DNA from: Eledone cirrhosa
Taxonomy: Eukaryota
NCBI GenBank assembly: GCA_964016885.1
Contig: OZ024747.1
Span: forward strand, 32,364,001 to 32,428,000
Reading direction: 5' to 3'
Length of the DNA: 64,000 nucleotides
Shown here: piece by piece, positions 52,304 through 64,000 of the stretch
Numbering within the stretch: the first letter of the stretch is position 1
Layout of the letters: each line of letters starts with the position of its first letter
The notes under the pieces: generated by a model
Seen by the model: only the letters and a program-made list of their open reading frames with translations
What the model was told of the DNA's origin: nothing
The model's database searches: none
Position numbers and translations under genes: made by a program

Positions 52304-53149
52304 TTCGTTTCTGAATTTGTTTAGCAAGATTCTTTATCTAAAAACGTGTGTTGAAACCGATATTGTTATACTTTGGGAGGGTCATGTTGCCAATAAGAAA
52401 CACACGCACCAGTTGCTTTCACTTCAATTTATTATAAATTAAATTTATAAATTTAGGAATTTATAAATTTCCGGTTGGTTGGTTGATTCCACAACCAGAC
52501 GATTGTTCATATATTGTCAAAGTTCTTTCGTCACACATTCTGTGACCTCTTCAATGACTGGGGATTCTTTTCTTTGTTTTTGTGCCTCTCCTTTGTTCTG
52601 TCCTACGCCATCTTGTTTTTGTGTGTGTTGTGTGCTTAGTTTGCGCATGTGTTACATCCGGGTGTCTGTGTGTGTTTATATTTGTTTATTTACATGTTAC
52701 TGGTTGGTTGTTTGTTCTATGTATATGTTTGGACCATACCAAAATCAACATAACACACACGCACACATGTTAATTAGTTTTAGCTTTACTTCCCCTCTTC
52801 CACTGTCATGTATCAAACACAGCGTCTGTCGCTCTCTCTCTCTCTCTCCCTCTCTCTCTCCTGCTATCCCCCTCTTTTAGTCTGTCTGTTTCTTTCACTC
52901 TCACTCTTTCTTTTCTATTTTTATAGATATAGAGATTTTTTTCTGTGCAAAGTCGTACCTATAGTCAGTTTTATCGATTGTTTACCTGGACAAAGGAGGA
53001 GACGATCATTCGCAATGTCGTGCCGACCTGGCCTGATGAATTTGTGGTTGATTACAAAAAATATTTTGAAAACGGACCTGCGGATCAAAAGTTGTTGCGC
53101 AACAGAAACACACAGACAGACAGACAGACAGAAATGATCATTTATATAT

Positions 53150-53265
<116 letters not shown>

Positions 53266-53361
53266 ATACATTAATATGACAAGGTATATTTAATATTTCT
53301 TCAAGTGATCAACAGGGTTTTATCATTTCTTCTAACAACAAAACATTATATATACATATAA

Positions 53362-53553
53362 GGGCGGTAGATTGGCAGTATCGGTAGAGGGTCGGACGCC
53401 ATGCTTTGACGCATAGAGTTACGGCCCTTGCCATTCTGAGTTCAAATCCCGCCGAGGTTAAACTTTGCCTTTCATCCTTATGGGGTCGATAAAATAAAGT
53501 ACCAGTAATACACTGGGAAATTGCTGGCCTTGTGCCAAAAGTAGAAACAATTA
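53362..53553 (+). mobile_element. Full-length tRNA-derived SINE with Pol III A/B boxes and Deu/Nin-like central domain
   Basis: A box tggcagtatcggtaga, B box gagttcaaatccc, central ctttgcctttcatccttatggggtcgataaaataaagtaccag, tail ggccttgtgccaaaagtagaaacaatta. Confidence 0.85.
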
Positions 53554-54097
53554 TATATACATATATATATCCACAGATGAATATATATGACTAGCTTTCC
53601 TATTTTTAAACAAATGCAAACAAATGAATTAAAGAGAATTGTGACAACATAACATATTCAAAATAAAAAAAAAAAGAATTAGAATGAAAGGAACACAACA
53701 GAATCATACTTAAGGAAGTTTAAAAATGGAAATGGAAACCGACATCAGAGTGATGTGTCTCATCACAACCTTTTCCCATCCACCTCTAAATAACAACATT
53801 AACAACAACAACAGCAACAACAGCAACAATGAGTGAGTGAAGAACAACAACTGTACAAAACAGGAAAATATGAGTAATCATTGTGTTTCAGTAACAGAAG
53901 CAGATATTGAAGATATGTTAAGATATATGTTGGCATAGAAAGTCTTACAGAATTGAAATCTCTTGAGCTGAAGGAAGTGGTTAACTATTGATTCAGGAAG
54001 ACAAACCATCATTATGTAAAATTTATGTCAGAGAAATTAAGCTAAGATGCATGACTGACAATTTTGAAGCAAATAAAAGGGAAATGTTTTTAAATAA

Positions 54098-54263
54098 TAA
54101 TTGTTTCTACTTTTGGGACAAGGCTAGCAATTCACCAGTACATTACTGGTACTTTATTTTATCGACCCCGTAAGGATGAAAGGCAAAGTTAAGCTCGACG
54201 GGATTTGAACGCAAACCATAAAGGGACGTAACTCTGCTATCTACCGATACTGCCAATTCACCG
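54098..54263 (-). mobile_element. Second copy of the same tRNA-derived SINE, convergent with 53362-53553
   Basis: Reverse complement shows tggcagtatcggtaga, gttcaaatcccg, gcctttcatccttacggggtcgataaaataaagtaccag and agtagaaacaatta. Confidence 0.85.
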
Positions 54264-54266
54264 AGG

Positions 54267-54303
<37 letters not shown>

Positions 54304-54345
54304 GTGAGAGAGAATGTGTGTGCTGCATTCCAATAATCCTAAACA

Positions 54346-54458
<113 letters not shown>

Positions 54459-54519
54459 GTAGAACACTGGAAGGTAATATTCCTAGTGGTAGAGCACTCA
54501 GTCCATGGGACAAGTTTGG

Positions 54520-54645
54520 TAGAAGTAGTAACACAACAGTTAGTTCACCATACCGAGAACAATTGTTTCACCTTATGTGGATCTTCAGCTGAAGATCCGC
54601 AATTGTTCTCGGTATGGTGAACTAACTGTTGTATTACTACTTCTA
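54520..54645. ncRNA. 126-bp palindrome with one complete (minus) and one internally deleted (plus) hammerhead motif
   Basis: Centre ggatcttcag|ctgaagatcc. Minus strand CTGAAGA-tcc-acataa-gg-t-GAAAC-aatt-GTTC. The plus arm lacks the stem II 3' side and GAAA. Confidence 0.75.
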
Positions 54646-54717
<72 letters not shown>

Positions 54718-54720
<3 letters not shown>

Positions 54721-55413
54721 AAGTATGTATACGTACATACATATATGTATACGGACATACAGTAGTATGTATATACATACATACATGCACACATATATAT
54801 GTACGTATGGGTTTACCGAACATTTATTATAATGCTCGGTTTGTTTGTAAACAAACAGCCCGAATTAAGCCGCACAGTGTTCGGCAACCATCGTTGCCAT
54901 TTTGTTCAACACTGACAAAGGAACGATGAACTAGTTTCTAGCTTATTAGCTGTCATCACCACCGTATACCTTCCTGTCAGTCTATTGAACGTTTGAAAGT
55001 ATATACTTTCCTTATGCATATGTACATATATATATGTGCATGTATGTATGTATAAACACACTACTGTACGTCTGTATACATATATGTATGTACGTATACA
55101 TACTTATATTTAAAAATGAAACGAAATTTCATTTCTCACTCTTAGTACGGCTGTTACTTAAATATAAGTATGTATACGTACATACATATATGTATACAGA
55201 CGTACAGTAGTACGTATATATATATACATACATGCACACATATATATATGTACGTATGGATTCACCGAATATTTATTATAATATTCGGTGTGTTTGTAAA
55301 CAAACATCCCGAATTAAGCCGTACAGTGTCTAGCAACCATCGTTGCTCATTTGTTCAACACTGACAATGGAATGCTGTACTAGTTTCAAGCTTATTAGCT
55401 ATCATCACCAACG
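54718..55413 (-). repeat. Two ~250-bp direct repeats, each starting with an HHR-like motif, with a partial inverted copy between them
   Basis: 54718-54965 and 55166-55413 are homologous. Minus strand (g)TGATGA-cagct-aata-agct-a-GAAAC-ta-GTTC and (g)TGATGA-tagct-aata-agct-t-GAAAC-ta-GTA. 55020-55113 is the inverse of 55158-55253. Confidence 0.65.
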
Positions 55414-55693
55414 TATATAAATATATATATATATATATGGGTGTGACAGAGAACGTGTGTGGTGTGGTGTATTCCAATAATCCTAAACATCTATTATATA
55501 TATATATATATATATATATACGATATTAAATAAATGGAACTATATTTATAAAACCATATTTATTTCATTATATATATTTCAGGGATATCATATTAACAAT
55601 ATGCTATGCCTTCCTCAGACAAAATACAATATAGACAGTTTTATAGATAAATAGATTTGACATACCGTACAACATCGACTTGTATTTGAAAAG

Positions 55694-55806
<113 letters not shown>

Positions 55807-56625
55807 TATATATAATATATATGAATATATATATATATGCATAATCTTAACTATAATAAAGTGAGGAGTGCGAGACAGCATCCAGAATATATTTTGTAAT
55901 CCCGTTAGTAAAATAAGTTGGATTACTTTGAATAGCTAATGAGTGAATATTACATAATTTATCCACTAAATTTCGTAAGAAATGATTAATCATAAATAAT
56001 TTTATTGCATATTTCAAGATTCCCATCTTTTAAAAGATTCAAATTTCAATACTTCCAGTGTATCGCCACCACCACCATACATAAGGTGGTGGTGGTGGTT
56101 GTGGCGAGAAAGAAAGAGAGTGTGTGTGAAGAGAGAAATACAAAGAGACTATGTATATATATATATATATATATATTATATTATATTTTGAGAATAAACT
56201 CTCAGTCGTTTACAATAATTAAGCTCCAGGAAAAGGGGCTCTTCCGAGCAGTTAAATACATTTAAAATATATGATAAACACGAAATGTGTTTACATTGCA
56301 ACAAACAAAGTTAGCTATTAATGAAATAAACTAATTAAAGTGAATACAATTTGTCTGTCTCGATATAAGTCAATAAAGACAAGCTTATATTGGCAACGGC
56401 GATGATTCCTGGACAGATTCAGATTTCAAAATTCAAACCTGTTCTGTAGACGAATTTGAACCTCGAAACCTAAATAAGTTTCGCAACGGTGGAATGTGAA
56501 TTGAAAAATAAAGAGAATCGAAATGTAATAGAAATAAAAAAGTGAAATATCCAAATCTTCTGTGCTTATCAACAGGAATCCAGTAAAATTAGTATATCTC
56601 TATTAGTATATCAAAAATTTTGCAG

Positions 56626-59600
56626 GTATTACTGTAGAAAATATATAGTATAGTATTACTGTTGAAAATATATAGTATAGTATTACTGTTGGAAATATAT
56701 AGTATAGTATTACTGTTGGAAATATATAGTACAGTAATACTGTTGGAAATATATAGTACAGTATTACTGTTGAAAATAGATAGTATAGTATTACTGTTAA
56801 AAATATATAGTATAGTATTACTGTTGAAAATATATAGTATAGTATAGTATTATGGTTGAAAATATATAGTACAGTATTACAGTTGAAAATATATAGTATA
56901 GTGTAACTGTTGAAAATATATAGTATAGTATTACTGTTGAAAACATAGTATAGTATTAGTGTTGGAAATATATAATATAGTATTACTGTTGAAAATATAT
57001 AGTATAGTATTACTGTTGGAAATATATAGTATAGTATTACTGTTGAAAATATATAGTACAGTATTACTGTTGAAAATATATGGTATAGTATTACTGTTGA
57101 AAACATAGTATAGTATTACTATTGAAAATATATAGTACAGTATTACTGTTGAAAAATATATAATATAGTATTACTGTTGGAAATATATAGTATAGTATTA
57201 CTGTTGAAAATATATAGTACAGTATTAGTGTTGAAAATATATAGTACAGTATTACTGTTGAAAATATATAGTACAGTATTACTGTTGAAAATATATAGTA
57301 CAGTATTACTGTTGAAAATATATAGTATAGTATTACTGCTGAAAATATATAGTATAGTATAGTATTACTGTTGGAAATATATAGTATAGTATTACTGTTG
57401 GAAATATATATTACAGTATTACTGTTGAAAATATATAGTATAGTATTACTGTTGAAAATATATAGTATAGTATTACTGTTGAAAATATATAGTATAGTAT
57501 TACTGTTGAAAACATATAGTATAGTATTACTGTTGAAAATATATAGTATAGTATTACTGTTGAAAATATATAGTATAGTATTACTGTTGGAAATATATAG
57601 TATAATATTACTGTTGGAAATATATAGTACAGTATTACTGTTGGAAATATATAGTACAGTATTACTGTTGAAAATATATAGTATAGTATTACTGTTGAAA
57701 ATATATAGTATAGTATTACTGTTGAAAATATATAGTATAGTATTACTGTTGAAAATATATAGTATAGTATTACTGTTGAAAATATATAGTATAGTATTAC
57801 TGTTGAAAATATATAGTATAGTATAGAATTATGGTTGAAAATATATAGTACAGTATTACTGTTGAAAATATATAGTATAGTGTAACTGTTGAAAATATAT
57901 AGTATAGTATTACTGTTGAAAACATAGTATAGTATTACTGTTGGAAATATATAGTATTACTGTTGAAAATATATGCTATAGTATTACTGTTGAAAATATA
58001 TATTATAGTATATTACTACTGTTGAAAATATAAAGTATAGTATTACAGTTGAAAGTATATAGTATAGTATTACTGTTGAAAATATATAGTATAGTATAGT
58101 ATTATCGTTGAAAATATATAGTACAGTATTACTGTTGAAAATATATAGTATAGTATTACTGTTGAAAATATATAGTATAGTATTACTGTTGGAAATATAT
58201 AGTACAGTATTACTGTTGAAAATATATAGTATAGTATTACTGTTGGAAATATATATTACAGTATTACTGTTGAAAATATATAGTATAGTATTACTGTTGA
58301 AAATATATAGTATAGTATTACTGTTGAAAATATATAGTATAGTATTACTGTTGAAAACATATAGTATAGTATTACTGTTGAAAATATATAGTATAGTATT
58401 ACTGTTGAAAATATATAGTATAGTATTACTGTTGAAGACATAGTATAGTATTACTGTTGGAAATATATAGTATTACTGTTAAAAATATATGCTATAGTAT
58501 TACTGTTGAATATATATAGTATAGTATTACTGTTGGAAATATATAGTATAGTATTACTGTTTAAAATATATAGTACAGTATTACTGTTGAAAATATATGG
58601 TGTAGTATTACTGTTGAAAACATAGTATAGTATTACTGTTCAAAATATACAGTACAGTATTACCGTTGAAAATATATAGTATAGTATTACTGTTGAAAAC
58701 ATAATATAGTATTACTGTTGAAAATATATAGTACAGTATTACTGTTGAAAACATATAGTATAGTATTACTGTTAAAAATATATAGTATAGTATTACTGTT
58801 GAAAATATATAGTATAGTACTACTGTTGAAAATATATAGTATAGTATAGTACAACTGTTGAAAATATATAGTATAGTATTACAGTTGAAAGTATATAGTA
58901 TAGTATTACTGTTGAAAATATATAGTATAGTATAGTATTATCGTTGAAAATATATAGTACAGTATTACTGTTGAAAATATATAGTATAGTATTACTGTTG
59001 AAAATATATAGTATAGTATTACTGTTGGAAATATATAGTACAGTATTACTGTTGAAAATATATAGTATAGTATTACTGTTGGAAATATATATTACAGTAT
59101 TACTGTTGAAAATATATAGTATAGTATTACTGTTGAAAATATATAGTATAGTATTACTGGTGAAAATATATAGTATAGTATTACTGTTGAAAACATATAG
59201 TATAGTATTACTGTTGAAAATATATAGTATAGTATTACTGTTGAAAATATATAGTATAGTATTACTGTTGGAAATATATAGTAAAGTATTACTGTTGGAA
59301 ATATATAGTACAGTATTACTGTTGGAAATATATAGTACAGTATTACTGTTGAAAATATATAGTATAGTATTACTGTTGAAAATATATAGTATAGTATTAC
59401 TGTTGAAAATATATAGTATAGAATTACTGTTGAAAATATATAGTATAGTATTACTGTTGAAAATATATAGTATAGTATTACTGTTGGAAATATATAGTAT
59501 AGTATTACTGTTGGAAATATGTAGTACAGTATTACTGTTGGAAATATATAGTACAGTATTACTGTTGAAAATATATAGTATAGTATTACTGTTGAAAATA

Positions 59601-62600
59601 TATAGTATAGTATTACTGCTGAAAATATATAGTATAGTATTACTGTTGAAAATATATAGTATAGTATAGTATTATGGTTGAAAATATATAGTACAGTATT
59701 ACTGTTGAAAATATATAGTATAGTATTACTGTTGAAAACATAGTATAGTATTACTGTTGGAAATATATAGTATTACTGTTGAAAATATATGCTATAGTAT
59801 TACTGTTGAAAATATATAGTATAGTATTACTGTTGGAAATATATAGTATAGTATTACTGTTTAAAATATATAGTACAGTATTACTGTTGAAAATATATGG
59901 TGTAGTATTACTGTTGAAAACATAGTATAGTATTACTGTTCAAAATATACAGTACAGTTTTACCGTTGAAAATATATAGTATAGTATTACTGTTGAAAAC
60001 ATAATATAGTATTACTGTTGAAAATATATAGTACAGTATTACTGTTGAAAACATATAGTATAGTATTACTGTTAAAAATATATAGTATAGTATTACTGTT
60101 GAAAATATATAGTATAGTACTACTGTTGAAAATATATAGTATAGTATAGTACTACTGTTGAAAATATATAGTATAGTATTACAGTTGAAAGTATATAGTA
60201 TAGTATTACTGTTGAAAATATATAGTATAGTATAGTATTATCGTTGAAAATATATAGTACAGTACTACTGTTGAAAATATATAGTATAGTATTACTGTTG
60301 TAAATATATAGTATAGTATTACTGTTGGAAATATATAGTACAGTATTACTGTTGAAAATATATAGTATAGTATTACTGTTGGAAATATATATTACAGTAT
60401 TACTGTTGAAAATATATAGTATAGTATTACTGTTGAAAATATATAGTATAGTATTACTGTTGAAAATATATAGTATAGTATTACTGTTGAAATCATATAG
60501 TATAGTATTACTGTTGAAAATATATAGTATAGTATTACTGTTGAAAATATATAGTATAGTATTACTGTTGGAAATATATAGTAAAGTATTACTGTTGGAA
60601 ATATATAGTACACTATTACTGTTGGAAATATATAGTACAGTATTACTGTTGAAAATATATAGTATAGTATTACTGTTGAAAATATATAGTATAGTATTAC
60701 TGTTGAAAATATATAGTATAGTATTACTGTTGAAAATATATAGTATAGTATTACTGTTGAAAATATATAGTATAGTATAGTATTATGGTTGAAAATATAT
60801 AGTACAGTATTACTGTTGAAAATATATAGTATAGTGTAACTGTTGAAAATATATAGTATAGTATTACTGTTGAAAACATAGTATAGTATTACTGTTGGAA
60901 ATATATGCTATAGTATTACTGTTGAAAATATATAGTATAGTATTACTGTTGGAAATATATAGTATAGTATTACTGTTTAAAATATATAGTACAGTATTAC
61001 TGTTGAAAATATATGGTGTAGTATTACTGTTGAAAACATAGTATAGTATTACTGTTCAAAATATACAGTACAGTATTACCGTTGAAAATATAGAGTATAG
61101 TATTACTGTTGAAAACATAATATAGTATTACTGTTGAAAATATATAGTACAGTATTACTGTTGAAAACATATAGTATAGTATTACTGTTAAAAATATATA
61201 GTATAGTATTACTGTTGAAAATATATAGTATAGTACTACTGTTGAAAATATATAGTATAGTATAGTACTACTGTTGAAAATATATAGTATAGTATTACAG
61301 TTGAAAGTATATAGTATAGTATTACTGTTGATAATATATAGTATAGTATAGTATTATGGTTGAAAATATATAGTACAGTATTACTGTTGAAAATATATAG
61401 TATAGTATTACTGTTGAAAATATATAGTATAGTATTACTGTTGGAAATATATAGTACAGTATTACTGTTGAAAATATATAGTATAGTATTACTGTTGAAA
61501 ATATATAGTACAGTATTACTGTTGGAAATATATAGTATTACTGTTGAAAACATATAGTATAGTATTACTGTTGAAAATATATAGTATAGTATTACTGTTG
61601 AAAATGTATAGTATAGTATTACTGTTGAAAATATATAGTATAGTATTACTATTGAAAATATATAGTACAGTATTACTGTTGAAAATATATAGTACAGTAT
61701 TACTGTTGGAAATATATAGTACAGTATTAATGTTGAAAATATATAGTATAGTATTACTGTTGAAAATATATAGTATAGTATTACTGTTGAAAATATATAG
61801 TATAGTATTACTATTGGAAATATATAGTACAGTATTACTGTTTGAAATATATAATACTGTATTGTTGTTGAAAATATATAGTATGGTATTACTGTTGAAA
61901 ATATATAGTATAGTATAGTATACGGTTGAAAATATATAGTACAGTATTACTGTTGAAAATATATAGTATAGTGTAACTGTTGAAAATATATAGTATAGTA
62001 TTACTGTTGAGAACATAGTATAGTATTACTGTTGAAAATATATAGTATAGTATTACTGTTGAAAATATATAGTATAGTATTACTGTCGAAAACATAATAT
62101 AGTATTACTGTTGAAAATATATAGTATAGTATTACTGTTGAAAAAAAAATATAGTATTACTGTTGAAAATATATAGTATAGTGTAACTGTTGAAAATATA
62201 TAGTATAGTATTACTGTTGAAAATATATAGTATAGTATTACTGTTGAAAATATATAGTATAGTATAGTATTATCGTTGAAAATATATAGTACAGTATTAC
62301 TGTTGAAAATATATAGTATATTATTACTGTTGAAAATATATAGTATAGTATTACTTGTGGAAATATATAGTACAGTATTACTGTTGAAAATATATAGTAT
62401 AGTATTACTGTTGGAAATATATATTACAGTATTACTGTTGAAAATATATAGTATAGTATTACTGTTGAAAATATATAATATAGTATTACTGTTGAAAATA
62501 TATAGTATAGTATTACTGTTGAAAACATATAGTATAGTATTACTGTTGAAAATATATAGTATAGTATTACTGTTGAAAATATATAGTATAGTATTACTGT

Positions 62601-64000
62601 TGGAAATATATAGTAAAGTGTTACTGTTGGAAATATATAGTACAGTATTACTGTTGGAAATATATAGTACAGTATTACTGTTGAAAATATATAGTATAGT
62701 ATTACTGTTGAAAAATATAGTATAGTATTACTGTTGAAAATATATAGTATAGTATTACTGTTGAAAATATATAGTATAGTATTACTGTTGAAAATATATA
62801 GTATAGTATTACTGTTGAAAATATATAGTATAGTATTACTGTTGGAAATATGTAGTATAGTATTACTGTTGGAAATATATAGTACAGTATTACTGTTGGA
62901 AATATATAGTACAGTATTACTGTTGAAAATATATAGTATAGTATTACTGTTGAAAATATATAGTATAGTATTACTGTTGAAAATATATAGTATAGTATTA
63001 CTGTTGAAAATATATAGTATAGTATTACTGTTGAAAATATATAGTATAGTATTACTGTTGAAAATATATAGTATAGTATAGTATTACTGTTGAAAACATA
63101 GTATAGTATTACTGTTGGAAATATATAGTATTACTGTTGAAAATATATGCTATAGTCTTACTGTTGAAAATATATAGTATAGTATTACTGTTGGAAATAT
63201 ATAGTATAGTATTACTGTTTAAAATATATAGTACAGTATTACTGTTGAAAATATATGGTGTAGTATTACTGTTGAAAACATAGTATAGTATTACTGTTCA
63301 AAATATACAGTACAGTATTACCATTGAAAATATATAGTATAGTATTACTGTTGAAAACATAATAGAGTATTACTGTTGAAAATATATAGTACAGTATTAC
63401 TGTTGAAAACATATAGTATAGTATTACTGTTAAAAATATATAGTATAGTATTACTGTTGAAAATATATAGTATAGTACTACTGTTCAAAATATACAGTAC
63501 AGTATTACCATTGAAAATATATAGTATAGTATTACTGTTGAAAATATATAGTATAGTATTACTGTTGGAAATATATAGTACAGTATTACTGTTGAAAATA
63601 TATAGTATAGTATTACTGTTGGAAATATATATTACAGTATTACTGTTGAAAATATATAGTATTGTATTACTGTTGAAAATATATAGTATAGTATTTCTGT
63701 TGAAAATATATAGTATAGTATTACTGTTGAAATCATATAGTATAGTATTACTGTTGAAAATATATAGTATAGTATTACTGTTGAAAATATATAGTATAGT
63801 ATTACTGTTGGAAATATATAGTAAAGTATTACTGTTGGAAATATATAGTACAGTATTACTGTTGGAAATATATAGTACAGTATTACTGTTGAAAATATAT
63901 AGTATAGTATTACTGTTGAAAATATATAGTATAGTATTACTGTTGAAAATATATAGTATAGTATTACTGTTGAAAATATATAGTATAGTATTACTGTTGA
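56626..64000. repeat. 27-bp AT-rich satellite (runs off the window end)
   Basis: Unit gtattactgttgaaaatatatagtata with 22, 25 and 32-bp variants. The LLLKIYSIV ORFs are its periodic translation. Confidence 0.98.

Noticed and set aside
53362-53455. tRNA gene
   Set aside because: A/B boxes are present but there is no cloverleaf, and the sequence continues into a SINE body present in several copies.
56065-56105. (cca)n/(ggt)n hairpin
   Set aside because: It is a low-complexity trinucleotide stem with no ribozyme or element context.
56603-63081. LLLKIYSIV / FSTVILYYI membrane-like ORFs
   Set aside because: They are the 9-codon periodic translation of the 27-bp satellite, broken by frequent non-3n variants.

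Overview
Eukaryotic, repeat-dominated 64 kb window with no complete host gene. The SINE types, RTE LINEs and dense (TA)n tracts resemble an octopod or other mollusc genome, but that is inference. Layout: (1) 1-31.4 kb, a 78-bp satellite of about 400 monomers with mosaic higher-order duplications; (2) 31.4-56.6 kb, a patchwork of decayed Penelope-like element (PLE) fragments, RTE and Ingi/Vingi-like LINE pieces, two Helitron remnants, tRNA-derived SINEs, C-rich 25-bp and 46/47-bp minisatellites and microsatellites; (3) 56.6-64 kb, an AT-rich 27-bp satellite. Most ORF-track entries are repeat artefacts. The most striking signal is a set of foldback structures carrying minimal type-I hammerhead ribozyme (HHR) motifs, mostly next to (TA)n. 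They range from a 2.46-kb palindrome (PLE GIY-YIG remnant in the loop, an intact-looking HHR near each outer end) down to palindromes of about 95-130 bp that are little more than two back-to-back HHRs. One 18-nt candidate microexon may belong to a host gene. All calls come from reading the sequence by eye; no searches or folding were run.
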